This document shows positions 1 through 9,154 of a stretch of 64,000 bases of DNA, in pieces. Below the pieces are notes generated by a model, which searched no databases, was not told the origin of the DNA, and worked only from the letters and a program-made list of their open reading frames with translations. The DNA is from an uncultured Thermoanaerobaculia bacterium (GTDB lineage: Bacteria; Acidobacteriota; UBA4820; DSQY01): positions 7,311-71,310 of the forward strand of contig CAZDOY010000011.1 in the NCBI GenBank assembly GCA_964507185.1, in the 5' to 3' direction. Both the position numbers and the translations under genes were made by a program. Numbering within the stretch: position 1 is the first letter of the stretch; each line of letters starts with the position of its first letter.

Positions 1-452
1 GGACCTTCGACCGGAAGTCTACTTGGTGACGGTTCGGTCGCGGGCTCTTCCGGGCCCTCGGAAGGAGGGGGCTCATCGGAAATCATGGCCTGAAGGCGAG
101 CCCCGGAAGCCGCGGCCGCCTCGCGGCCCGAAACGTCGGATCCGTCTCTCTGGACCGAGTCCATGAGCGATTCCAGGACGTCCAGGGTGCGGACCACCGC
201 GTCAATGTGCTCCCGGTTTATGGGCCGTCCCTGGCGCCACAGGCCGAGGAGGGATTCGAGGGTATGGGAGAGGGAACTCGTGCACTCGAAGTCCATGGAG
301 GCGGCCATGCCCTTGAGGGAGTGGGCATGGCGGAAAATCTCGTTGACGGCGGCGGCGTTCGGCGGGCCTTCCGGGGGCAGACCCGAACGCAGGGCCGCGA
401 GGTGTTCCCGCCCTTCCGTCAGGTAAAGTTCCAGATACTTGGACAGGTCCAT
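1..452 (-). CDS. cheA: Chemotaxis histidine kinase CheA, N-terminal part (P1/Hpt domain plus Pro/Glu-rich linker); runs off the left edge of the window
   Basis: Manual minus-strand translation from ATG at 452-450 gives MDLSKYLELYLTEGREHLAALRSGLPPEGPPNAAAVNEIFRHAHSLKGMAASMDFECTSSLSHTLESLLGL..., with the HxxKG phospho-histidine motif of CheA P1. The frame stays open to position 1. GAGG lies 5 nt upstream of the ATG. It sits 40 nt downstream of the cheY stop in the same operon. It is absent from the ORF track because it is incomplete. Confidence 0.75.
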   Translation of the reverse strand, partial: MDLSKYLELYLTEGREHLAALRSGLPPEGPPNAAAVNEIFRHAHSLKGMAASMDFECTSSLSHTLESLLGLWRQGRPINREHIDAVVRTLDVLESLMDSVQRDGSDVSGREAAAASGARLQAMISDEPPPSEGPEEPATEPSPSRLPVEG

Positions 453-492
453 CAGGTCCTCGGATGGAAGGAAGGATCTTCAGTTAGCCGCT

Positions 493-861
493 TCAGCCTG
501 AGATGACCGCGTCGAGCACCTTGAGGACCTTCTCGGCGGAGAACGGTTTCACAATGAAATCCTTTGCGCCGGCCGCGATGGACTCGATGACGAGGGCCTC
601 CTGTCCAAGGGCCGAGCACATGACAACGCGAGCCTTGGAGTTCGCTCTGAGGATTTCTTTCGTTGCCTCGATGCCGTCCATCTGGGGCATGACGATGTCC
701 ATGGTGACCAGATCGGGCTGGAGTTTTCTGTAGAGGTCCACGGATTCCTGGCCGTTGGAAGCCTCGCCGACGACCTCGTATCGGTTCGAGTTGACCAGGA
801 TGTCGCGGATCATGGCCCTCATGAACATCGCGTCGTCGGCAATGAGAACCTTATGAGGCAT
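493..861 (-). CDS. cheY: CheY-like single-domain response regulator
   Basis: The 122-aa protein carries receiver-domain hallmarks (DD pair in LIADDAMFMR, phospho-acceptor D in LVTMDIVMP, conserved K in DFIVKPF). ATG at 861 is preceded by GGGAGAG. Confidence 0.9.
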   Translation of the reverse strand: MPHKVLIADDAMFMRAMIRDILVNSNRYEVVGEASNGQESVDLYRKLQPDLVTMDIVMPQMDGIEATKEILRANSKARVVMCSALGQEALVIESIAAGAKDFIVKPFSAEKVLKVLDAVISG

Positions 862-1306
862 GGTCTCTCCCTGTAGATAGGTGGTGAATGGCTTCGGCCG
901 CGGCGCGAGCGAGTTCGTCTGCCACGGCGGAAGGATTGATCACGTTGATCCAGGACTCCTCCCACGGGTAAAGTCCGGCCCATATGCCCGAGGCGTTCTC
1001 CTCGTGGAGGTTGAGCTCGGTGTATGGCAGGACGGCTTCGGCGGAACGTATGGGAAAGGCGAGGTGGTCGCTGGGCGCGGCGAGCCTCAGGAGAAGACCG
1101 TCGTCGGGGTGATCACCCTCCTCACCCATGATGGCAAAGGTATCGATGACCGTGATGAGCCTTCCCCCCACGAAAGCGCTCCCGTGGATGTACGGGAATG
1201 CCTCCGGCAAAGGGTAGATGGGCGGAAGGGGTCTGACGTCCGACAGATCCCGCGTAAGCCATCCTGAAAACCGTTTTCCGACCCTTGCCACGAGGAGTTT
1301 CTGCAC
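851..1306 (-). CDS. cheW: Chemotaxis coupling protein CheW
   Basis: CheW-like domain (PLPEAFPYIHGSAFVGGRLITVIDTFAIMG ... WINVINPSAV). The start is GTG at 1306 with GGAG 5 nt upstream. It overlaps the cheY start by 11 nt. Confidence 0.8.
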   Translation of the reverse strand: MQKLLVARVGKRFSGWLTRDLSDVRPLPPIYPLPEAFPYIHGSAFVGGRLITVIDTFAIMGEEGDHPDDGLLLRLAAPSDHLAFPIRSAEAVLPYTELNLHEENASGIWAGLYPWEESWINVINPSAVADELARAAAEAIHHLSTGRDHAS

Positions 1307-1380
1307 CCTTAACTCCGGTCTGTTCGGCTGGCCCCCTTGCCTTTGCCCGCGGTCTTTCTATTCGAACCCCGCGCGAGGGC

Positions 1381-2619
1381 TCAGAGCTTGAATTTTTCCA
1401 CCAGGGAACGAAGCCTGTTGGATTCGTCCATCAGGGCCTGGGCCTGCTGGTTGATCTCCTCCATGCTGGCGGTCGTTTCCTCGGTGGCGGCTGAGGCCTC
1501 CTGGGTACCCGCCGCGTTGTCGGTCGCGACGGCCTGGATCGCCTCCATGCTCCTGGTCAGTGCCGACGTGCCCTCCGCCTGGAGAGCGGCCTCCTTGGCG
1601 ATGGCCCTCACGGCGTCTCTCGTATCGGCCGCGCTCGCGCTGATCCTGCCGAGTGCTGCGGACACGCCGGCGGTCTTGTCCCTGCCGAGCAGGGCTGCCT
1701 GGTTGGTTTCGGCCATACTGTCGGCCACGTGCTGGGTGCGGCCGGTGATGCCTTGAGCCAGCCGGGCGATCTGCGCCGCCAGATCCTGGGTGTTCTCTGC
1801 GAGCCTCCTGACTTCCTCTGCGACAACGGCGAAGCCGCGACCCGCGTCTCCCGCCCGGGCGGCCTCTATGGCCGCATTGAGAGCGAGGATGTGGGTCTGG
1901 TGGCTGAGCGTGGTGATGCCCTCGACGAGGGAGTAGATCTCCGCCGCGTGCTCCTTGAAGGTCTGAACCTGTGAGGAGGATTTCTCCACCTGGTCCAGGA
2001 TCTCCTTCATGGAGTGCCGGGCGTCTTCAGCGGCTGCCGTGCCTTCGGAGGCCCTGGAAGAGGAGGCCATGGCATGGGACTCGGCCGTCTTGCTGCGGTC
2101 CGCGATGGCGGACGCCGCGGAGGCCACCTTTTCTGTGACATCCACTGCACTCTCCACGTCGGCGGCCTGGCTCTCCGCTCCCTTGGCTATATTCTGTATG
2201 TTCGAGGCGATCTCCGCCGTGGAGGCGGTGACTTCCGCGGTGGACACGGACAGGTTGGACACGGCGTCGTACATGAGTCCGGTGCTTATCTGCACCTGCC
2301 TGACGAGTTCCCGGAGGTTCGCCACCATGGTCTGGAGCGATGCCGCCAGCCTGCCGACCTCGTCCGCGCCGTCGATCGTGACCGTCTGGGACAAATCGCC
2401 CTCCGCGACCTTGGCGCTCAGTTCCGCGAGCGCCACAAGCTTCTTCGTCAGGAGTCCTGCCCATACGAGGGCCGCGAAGGCTGCCACGAGAATCCCGGTG
2501 AAAATCTTCAGCCACATGTTCTGCCAGGGATTGAAAGTCGCGAAATTATCCAGGAGGATGCCAATAATCAGGGGAATGAAGACGACGAGAATGAAGGCAA
2601 GTCCTATCTTCAGTTTCAT
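1381..2619 (-). CDS. Methyl-accepting chemotaxis protein: two TM helices, HAMP domain, MA signalling domain
   Basis: The track ORF is over-extended at its N-terminus. The real start is ATG at 2619 ([20 protein letters not shown]...), preceded by GGAGGG. The repetitive Ala/Ser/Thr/Glu-rich coiled-coil is typical of the MCP signalling domain. The ATG overlaps the cheR stop (ATGA). Confidence 0.85.
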   Translation of the reverse strand: MKLKIGLAFILVVFIPLIIGILLDNFATFNPWQNMWLKIFTGILVAAFAALVWAGLLTKKLVALAELSAKVAEGDLSQTVTIDGADEVGRLAASLQTMVANLRELVRQVQISTGLMYDAVSNLSVSTAEVTASTAEIASNIQNIAKGAESQAADVESAVDVTEKVASAASAIADRSKTAESHAMASSSRASEGTAAAEDARHSMKEILDQVEKSSSQVQTFKEHAAEIYSLVEGITTLSHQTHILALNAAIEAARAGDAGRGFAVVAEEVRRLAENTQDLAAQIARLAQGITGRTQHVADSMAETNQAALLGRDKTAGVSAALGRISASAADTRDAVRAIAKEAALQAEGTSALTRSMEAIQAVATDNAAGTQEASAATEETTASMEEINQQAQALMDESNRLRSLVEKFKL

Positions 2620-3413
2620 TCGGCCCTCCCTCGTGCGTAGATGCGTGCATCTCTCACAACCGTCCTCCATCCATGACTGCTTTTCCTGCCGAGCGACTCG
2701 ACCCGTCCGAGAATCAGCAAGCCGTTCGGAACCAACGCCCTTTCTGCCTCCCCCAAAAGCCTGTTCTGGGCTTCTTCGGTGAGGTAGATAAAAATGTTCC
2801 TTAATGCTATCACGTGATAGCCCGTTCCCGGTATCCCGAACGTCAAGTCTCCGCACACGGGCAGGATAGTTTTAATGATCGCCGGATCCACCCTGACGGA
2901 GTTCTCTTCCTGCTTAAAATACCGCTCTCTGAGCGCTCTGTCCAACTTTTCCGTTGTTTTTGCCGGGAATGTGGCGGCTTGGAGCTTCCTCAGCGCTTTC
3001 CTGGAACGGTCCAGGGCAATGATGCGGCCGTCCAATCGGATCTCCCTGAGTAGGATGGCCAGGCTCACGGCTTCTTCCCCGGTGGAGCAGGGTGCGCTGA
3101 GAATTCGCAGGCCGGCCAGGGGTTCCCGCGCTTTCCAGTCACGCAGCAACGCGCCGAGTTGTTCGAAGACCTCGGGGTTGCGAAAAAATTCGGTGGTGGG
3201 CACGAGCAGCTTGTCCAGGAACACCCGGCGTTCGGCGCCGTGCTTTTCGATGTAGTCGAGGTATTCCTCGACGGTGGCGCAGGCGGTTGCTCTCAGGCGC
3301 GGGGAGATTCTCCTGTCCAGAAACGTGCTCCTGTAGTCCTCGCCGCGGAGGCCGGAATGCGCCGTGATCCACTTCTGCAACCGCTCAAGAGTCTCTGGGG
3401 GCAGGGGCGTCAT
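2616..3413 (-). CDS. cheR: Chemotaxis protein methyltransferase CheR
   Basis: CheR N-terminal and SAM-methyltransferase domains ([11 protein letters not shown] ... [21 protein letters not shown] ... NIFIYL). The track start at 3764 is a GTG extension overlapping the upstream gene. I set the start at ATG 3413, which overlaps the amidohydrolase stop codon (ATGA). Confidence 0.85.
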   Translation of the reverse strand: MTPLPPETLERLQKWITAHSGLRGEDYRSTFLDRRISPRLRATACATVEEYLDYIEKHGAERRVFLDKLLVPTTEFFRNPEVFEQLGALLRDWKAREPLAGLRILSAPCSTGEEAVSLAILLREIRLDGRIIALDRSRKALRKLQAATFPAKTTEKLDRALRERYFKQEENSVRVDPAIIKTILPVCGDLTFGIPGTGYHVIALRNIFIYLTEEAQNRLLGEAERALVPNGLLILGRVESLGRKSSHGWRTVVRDARIYARGRAE

Positions 3414-4837
3414 GGGGAGCCGGCTCCAGGGGCCACGGAGACACATTTGCCGAGACGGATGCTGTCCGGATGGGCCTTTGCACCGCCTGGGTCGAAGGCG
3501 GCGATCGTGGAGCCGGGGCGGAGAGAGAAGTCGCGAGGCGGACCGTATGCTTCCAGGATAGTCTCCAGGGAAAGGCGCTCTGAACGATCTTCCCTTTCCA
3601 TGCAGGCTGAGAAGTTGCGCACGGGATCGGGGGACTCGATCGGGAAATCGGTGCCCAGGAGAAGGGGGATGCCCTGGCGCCTGAGAGTGCCCCACCGGTA
3701 AGCGTCGGACATGCCTGCCCCGAGCCGGGCGACGGCCCATTCGCGATCGGAGAGGTAGTGGCACGGTTGTATCGACGCCACGACGCCCAGGCGGGACATG
3801 CGACCGACATCTTCGTCCCGGGCGATCTGCACGTGCTCAATTCTTGCGCCGGCTGGGATCTGAGAGAGTTCAATGGCGTCGAGCACCTGCGACACTGCGC
3901 GGTCCCCAATGGCGTGAACGGCCGGCCTCAGGCCGTGCGCGGCCGCTTCGGCGAGCGCTCCGGCGAGCACCTTCGTATCCCACAGCAGGAGGCCTCGCTC
4001 GCCGGTCTGGTCGGCGTAGTCTTCATGGAGTGCGGCACCTCGGCTCCCCAGGGCGCCGTCGGCGAAGAACTTCGCTCCCACGACCCGGAACCGGCGACCC
4101 TCGTAAGCGCTACCCGAAGGCACCACGCCGCTTTTCACCCAGAGGAATCCCTCCACGGATATCGGCAGTGCGTCCTCGCGATCGAGCGCGGTCAGGATCC
4201 GGACGTGGCTCTCCTCGAGCCCCATGTCGGTCACTCCTGCCAGTCCGGTTTCTTTCAGGTCGTTCAGGGCTCGCAGGATTCGCCGGCGCAGGTCCGCGTC
4301 GTCGGGAGGCGGAACGCACGCCTCTATTCGATTCAGGGCGCCGTCCAGGACGATGCCCGTCAGCCGGCTGCCTTCCCGAACCAGGCGCCCCCCCGAAGGA
4401 TCGGGGCTTTCGTCGCCGAACCCCGCCCTTTCAAGGGCCTCAGTGTTCACCCAGCCTGCGTGGCCGTCTATGCGCCTGAGGAGAACGGGCCTGTCCGGAA
4501 CGATCGCGTCGAGGTCCCTGCGGTCGGGGTACGCGTTCGACCACCTGTTCTGGTCCCACCCGAACCCCTGCAGCCATTCCGAGGGTTCGTTTTCCGTGGC
4601 GGCCGATTGGACCTTCGCAAGCGCCACGGAAAGGGACGGACATCCTCGCAGGTCGACCTGTTCGAGGGCGGTTCCGTGTGCCGCTATATGGCCGTGGTGG
4701 TCCCAGAGGGGCGGCAGGATCAGGAGAGCCGGTGCCTCGGCCAGCTCGGGGACGCTTGCCAGGATGGAGCGGGGGACCGCATCCGGCGTATCCCCGGCAA
4801 TCCCTTTTTCGGCCGTCCACCTGAAAATATGCGGCAA
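3410..4837 (-). CDS. Amidohydrolase family protein (YtcJ-like, metal-dependent hydrolase)
   Basis: DHHGH metal-binding motif near the N-terminus, plus internal HxH and D motifs typical of the amidohydrolase-3 family. The start is probably TTG at 4837, preceded by AAGGAGA. Confidence 0.7.
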   Translation of the reverse strand: MPHIFRWTAEKGIAGDTPDAVPRSILASVPELAEAPALLILPPLWDHHGHIAAHGTALEQVDLRGCPSLSVALAKVQSAATENEPSEWLQGFGWDQNRWSNAYPDRRDLDAIVPDRPVLLRRIDGHAGWVNTEALERAGFGDESPDPSGGRLVREGSRLTGIVLDGALNRIEACVPPPDDADLRRRILRALNDLKETGLAGVTDMGLEESHVRILTALDREDALPISVEGFLWVKSGVVPSGSAYEGRRFRVVGAKFFADGALGSRGAALHEDYADQTGERGLLLWDTKVLAGALAEAAAHGLRPAVHAIGDRAVSQVLDAIELSQIPAGARIEHVQIARDEDVGRMSRLGVVASIQPCHYLSDREWAVARLGAGMSDAYRWGTLRRQGIPLLLGTDFPIESPDPVRNFSACMEREDRSERLSLETILEAYGPPRDFSLRPGSTIAAFDPGGAKAHPDSIRLGKCVSVAPGAGSP

Positions 4838-4947
4838 GGCGTCTCCTTGTCTGAGAGCACAACCGTTGAGGACTCCAACGTCCTGATGCAGGCAGGCTCA
4901 TGCGCCGCACGAACTGCTTCTGTTCGCCTGGATGAATGACCCGCGGA

Positions 4948-6252
4948 TCAAGTGAGGGTGTCGAGAGCGTCCTCCAGGTCGCCCATGATGTCCTCGCTCT
5001 TCTCCAGGCCGATACTGATCCTTATGCCGCCGGGGTCGATGCCGGCTTCGAGCTGGGCTTCGACGGGCAGTGGGGCGTGCGTCATGGAAGACGGGTGCTC
5101 GATGAGCGTCCTGATTTGCCCGAGGGAGACCGCGAGCGTTATGGTCAGCGCTTGATCCGCAAGGTAGTCCATCATTTGGCTCCCCCTGGTGCGGGCCTCC
5201 TGAAGGTCTCCCTTGAGCTCGAAGTAAATCATGATGCCAGGGGCGAAATTGCCTTCGGCATCAAGCATCTGCTTGCGGGCCAGGACGTGCTGCGGATGGC
5301 TCGGGAGTCCCGGGTACACGACCCGCTTGACGGCCGGGTGGCCTTCGAGGAAGCGGGCGACCTTTAGCGCCGTGTCCATCTGCTGCCTGGACCGGAGCCC
5401 GAGGGTCGGGAGGCCGTACACGAGGGGCGGCCAGGCCGCCTTGGGTGCCAGCGGCGCGCCGATGTCTTTCCGGAATAGCAGTACGTCGGGTTCCAGAAGC
5501 GTGGGGCCGACCCACACGCCGCCCATGTCGGTTCCGAAACCGCCCACGTTTTTCGTGATGGACTGTACCACTACATCGGCACCTAAAGTGATGGGCCGCT
5601 GGCAGAAGGGCGTGGCGAAGGTGTTGTCCACGACGATGAAGATCCTGCGCTTCTTGCCTCGATTGGCGTTCACGCGGTCAACAGCCGCCCGGATGGCGGC
5701 GATATCCACGATCTCCAGGACAGGATTGGAAGGCGTCTCCAAGTACACGGCCACGACGTCGTCCGTCATCATGGCCTCAAGCGCTTCCACGTCCTTGCAA
5801 TCCACCATCTTGACCGTGATGCCGAAACGGGGCATCCAGTTCTTGAAGAGCGAGTAGGTACAACCATAGAGCGTACGATGGGCCAGAACGGTGTCTCCCG
5901 ATTTGGCCAGGACCCCGATGCTTGCTGAGATCGCACCCATGCCGGTGGCAAAGCACACGCCGCACTCGCCCTCTTCGGCGGCGGCCAGGTTGTCCTCGAG
6001 CATGGAGCGGCTCGGTTCGTCGAGCCTGTCGTAGATGTAAATCGGCGGTTGGGTGTGGCGGTTGAATTCTGGATTGGCGAAGCTCTGGAATCCCTTGGCG
6101 CCCCGTTCTGTGCTTTCGAGCCGGTAAGCGGCCGAAGCCGAAATGGGAGGCACGATATGGTCGCTGTAGTCCCAGTGCGGCGAATGGAAATCCCCGTGTA
6201 TGAGGCGGGTTTCCTTGTGGTACGTCCTCTTTCTGTCTTTCTTATCGGTCAT
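4948..6252 (-). CDS. Cys/Met-metabolism PLP-dependent enzyme, O-acetylhomoserine sulfhydrylase (MetY)-like
   Basis: PLP-lysine motif SITKNVGGFGTDMGG resembles the SATKYLGGHG motif of MetY. It belongs to the gamma-lyase/trans-sulfuration family. The real start is ATG 6252 (MTDKKDRK...) with a strong GAGGAGGG RBS. The track N-terminal extension (MNKACYK...) is an artefact. Confidence 0.8.
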   Translation of the reverse strand: MTDKKDRKRTYHKETRLIHGDFHSPHWDYSDHIVPPISASAAYRLESTERGAKGFQSFANPEFNRHTQPPIYIYDRLDEPSRSMLEDNLAAAEEGECGVCFATGMGAISASIGVLAKSGDTVLAHRTLYGCTYSLFKNWMPRFGITVKMVDCKDVEALEAMMTDDVVAVYLETPSNPVLEIVDIAAIRAAVDRVNANRGKKRRIFIVVDNTFATPFCQRPITLGADVVVQSITKNVGGFGTDMGGVWVGPTLLEPDVLLFRKDIGAPLAPKAAWPPLVYGLPTLGLRSRQQMDTALKVARFLEGHPAVKRVVYPGLPSHPQHVLARKQMLDAEGNFAPGIMIYFELKGDLQEARTRGSQMMDYLADQALTITLAVSLGQIRTLIEHPSSMTHAPLPVEAQLEAGIDPGGIRISIGLEKSEDIMGDLEDALDTLT

Positions 6253-6267
6253 GAACTGGCCCTCCTC

Positions 6268-6291
6268 AAAGCATATTTTATAACATGCTTT
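6268..6291 (-). promoter_or_regulatory. AT-rich near-palindrome AAAGCATATTTTATAACATGCTTT immediately upstream of the MetY-like RBS; it contains a TATAAAAT -10-like element on the minus strand
   Basis: Read directly from the sequence. 7-bp inverted arms AAAGCAT/ATGCTTT flank a 10-bp AT core. The site is conspicuous in a 65% GC background and lies 16 nt from the start codon. Confidence 0.35.
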
Positions 6292-6475
6292 GTTCAAATG
6301 CCCTCCAAAAGGGGGCGCGGAGGCGGGCGGGAAGGGAAATGACCCTGCGCGGGCGAGCGGGAGAGGGGGCGGGCGCTACCGTCGGGGAGGGAATATGTTA
6401 TCGTAGGGCGTTTGCCTGCGCGGCAGAACGCATGGGCCATGGATTGAGGCATCCTGGCCCGGGAGAGCGACAACC

Positions 6476-8968
6476 ATGGATCTTGGATTTCTGAATCAGG
6501 TGATCAAGCCGACGCGCTATACCGGCGGTGAGGTCAACGAAGTCGTCAAGTCCGAACACGGCGACATGCTCCACGTGGCGCTGGCGTTCCCCGACGGCTA
6601 CGAGATAGCCATGAGCACCATGGGGCTCAAAATCCTCTACAAGGTGCTCAACGCGCGTCCCGACGTCTGGGCGGAACGCGTATTCATGCCGATGCCGGAC
6701 ATGATCGAGGTTATGGAAGACCGGGGCCTGCCCCTCTACGGGCTGGAGTCCAAGCGGCCTCTCGACGATTTCGACGTCGTAGGCTTTACGCTTCAGTTCG
6801 AGTTGACGTACACCAATATCCTGCACATGCTCCGAATGGGGGGAATTCCTCTGCGGACCGCGGATAGAACCGCGAGCCATCCCGTCATCCTTGCCGGAGG
6901 GCCGTGTGCCTGCAATCCCGAGCCTCTGGCGCCGTTCATCGACGCCTTCTTCATCGGGGACGGAGAGGAGGGCTTCCAGGAGTTGTGCGACGTGATCCGC
7001 CGGATGAAGGGCGCTCCGCGGCAGGCCCTCCTCCTGGAACTGGCGAAGGTGGAAGGCACCTACGTACCGGCCCTCTACCGCTCGGAAGAAGATCCCGATT
7101 CGGGCATGGAGGTTGTTACCGGACCGGCCTTTGCCGGAGTCCCGTTCCCCGTCAGAAGGCGTGTCCTGATGGACATAGACAGGTTCTCCTTCCCCTCCGA
7201 TATCCTCGTCCCTCACCACGAGGTGGTCCACGACAGGTACTCCATTGAAATAGCCAGGGGATGTTCGGTGGGATGCCGGTTCTGCCAGGCCGGGTACATA
7301 TACCGGCCTCAGCGCGATCGCGATCCCCGATCGGTGCGCGAAACCGTCAGAGAAGGTCTGCGGGCCACGGGATTCAACGAGGTGACCCTCCTAAGCCTCA
7401 ACGCCGGGGAATACGGAGGGGTCGAGAGGCTGGTGTCGCAGGTGGCGAACGACGGCGCCTCCCAGCAGGTGGGCGTGGCCATGCCGAGCCTTCGAGTGAG
7501 CAGTCTCACGGAAGACCTCGTACGGTCGTTGTCGACGGGACGCAAATCAGGATTCACCATCGCGCCGGAGGCCGGGACCCAGCGGTTGAGAAACGTCATC
7601 AACAAGAAGATCGACGAGGAGGATCTGGCCGAGGCCGCGCACGCGCTGTACGCGTCGGGTTGGAACCTTGTCAAACTCTACTTCATGCTCGGACTGCCCA
7701 CGGAAACGGAGGCGGACGTGGAGGCCATTGCCGGACTTGCCCGCCTCGTCGTCTCCAGGGGAAGGGAGGCCGGCTGCAAAAATCCTAGGGTGACCGTCTC
7801 CACGTCGTCGTTCGTGCCCAAACCCTTCACGCCGTTCCAATGGCACCCCATGGCGCGGCCTGACGTGCTGGATGGCAGGCAGGGAAGGCTCAGAAGATCT
7901 CTGCAGAACCCCATCACCTATCGATGGCACGATATTGACAGCAGCGTCGTGGAAGGCGTTTTTTCCCTGGGCGACAGGCGCCTAGCCGCCGTCCTGGAAG
8001 AGGCCGTTCAGCTGGGCTGCCGTTTCGACGGCTGGAACGAGTATTTCAGAATGGATCTCTGGGAGAAGGCATTCGAGCGTAGCGGCGTGGACCCGGAGGG
8101 ATATCTCTATCGCGAGAGGCCGCGCGACGAGAGGTTGCCCTGGGACGTGATCGACATCGGCATCAGAAAGAGCTCCCTCTGGAAGGAATGGGAGAAGGCC
8201 TGCAAGGCCGAGATCACCGAAACCTGCGGACGGGGGTCCTGCTATGCCTGCGGTTTTTATGCGCAGGAATGTCTGAGCGGCGCGCTGGAGAAAGAACCGC
8301 CTTCGGAGGTCGAGCCATCTCAAATGCCTTGGAAGACGCCGCCTGCTGCCAAGTACAGGCTGCGATACCGGAAGGAAGGGCTCGCCCGGTTTCTCGGCCA
8401 CCTTGATCTCGTCGATGCCCTCGTTCGTGCCTTCCGACGTTGTGGGGTCCGGCTGGCCTACTCGCAGGGGTACCATCCGTTACCGAAGGTCGTGTTGCCC
8501 TCTCCGCTGCCCCTGGGCGTGGCGGGTATGGAGGAGTGGGTGGAGTTCACCGGCTACGTGAGCGACGGAGGCAGGCTCCTGGCCGACCTCGAGCGAAACC
8601 TGCCGTCCGGTATCATCCCCGAGAAGATCTTTCTCATCCCGGCCAGGGCCCCTGCGCTCGCCGAGTTGTCGGTCCAGGTTTACAGCGTGGATTTGGGTGG
8701 GCTAGATCCGGAATCGCGTTCGAATTGTCATCGGAACCTGGACCGCTTTCTGAAGGCGGAGAGTTGGCCGATTACAAGGAACGGGAAGAAGAAGAGCAGA
8801 ACGTACGACCTCAGGCAGCGCGTCCTGGCAGTGGACCACGGCAGCGACGTCGTGACGGTGGATCTTGACAGAGGCGGATTCATGGATTTCGTAGGCGTTC
8901 TGTGCCCCGGTCGCGAGAAGGAAGGCCTCGGTCTCGCGAGGACGGCATTGAAGTTTGCGGGTCAATAA
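6476..8968 (+). CDS. Radical SAM protein with fused C-terminal DUF2344-like domain (TIGR03960/TIGR03936-type B12-binding-domain radical SAM family)
   Basis: 830 aa. CxxxCxxC radical-SAM cluster motif (GCSVGCRFCQAGYIY) follows an N-terminal B12-binding-like region; the C-terminal ~230 aa form a separate conserved domain. ATG at 6476. Confidence 0.75.
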   Translation: MDLGFLNQVIKPTRYTGGEVNEVVKSEHGDMLHVALAFPDGYEIAMSTMGLKILYKVLNARPDVWAERVFMPMPDMIEVMEDRGLPLYGLESKRPLDDFDVVGFTLQFELTYTNILHMLRMGGIPLRTADRTASHPVILAGGPCACNPEPLAPFIDAFFIGDGEEGFQELCDVIRRMKGAPRQALLLELAKVEGTYVPALYRSEEDPDSGMEVVTGPAFAGVPFPVRRRVLMDIDRFSFPSDILVPHHEVVHDRYSIEIARGCSVGCRFCQAGYIYRPQRDRDPRSVRETVREGLRATGFNEVTLLSLNAGEYGGVERLVSQVANDGASQQVGVAMPSLRVSSLTEDLVRSLSTGRKSGFTIAPEAGTQRLRNVINKKIDEEDLAEAAHALYASGWNLVKLYFMLGLPTETEADVEAIAGLARLVVSRGREAGCKNPRVTVSTSSFVPKPFTPFQWHPMARPDVLDGRQGRLRRSLQNPITYRWHDIDSSVVEGVFSLGDRRLAAVLEEAVQLGCRFDGWNEYFRMDLWEKAFERSGVDPEGYLYRERPRDERLPWDVIDIGIRKSSLWKEWEKACKAEITETCGRGSCYACGFYAQECLSGALEKEPPSEVEPSQMPWKTPPAAKYRLRYRKEGLARFLGHLDLVDALVRAFRRCGVRLAYSQGYHPLPKVVLPSPLPLGVAGMEEWVEFTGYVSDGGRLLADLERNLPSGIIPEKIFLIPARAPALAELSVQVYSVDLGGLDPESRSNCHRNLDRFLKAESWPITRNGKKKSRTYDLRQRVLAVDHGSDVVTVDLDRGGFMDFVGVLCPGREKEGLGLARTALKFAGQ

Positions 8969-9154
8969 CGGGCTTTCCTCCAAAGGCGGGTCGCCCGCTC
9001 GGAACGTCTGAGGCGCAGCGACGGCTCTTTTCTTCTCCACTGCGGCGGAAAAAACCGGGCCGGCATGGCCACCGCTTAACCAATGGCCGAAATGAGAGTA
9101 AGATCAACGGTGTCGCAGGCGTTAGAAACGCGCCGGCAACGACAGAGTGAGGTC

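Noticed and set aside
3414-3764. N-terminal 117-aa extension of cheR in the ORF track (MPLPLRSRMGRR...), and similar extensions on selB, rng, ruvB, grpE, the EamA gene and the MetY-like gene
   Set aside because: The track reports the longest ORF and treats GTG/TTG as Met. The extensions overlap upstream genes, are Arg/Pro-rich, and lack RBS. Internal ATG codons with Shine-Dalgarno sequences give proteins of canonical length.
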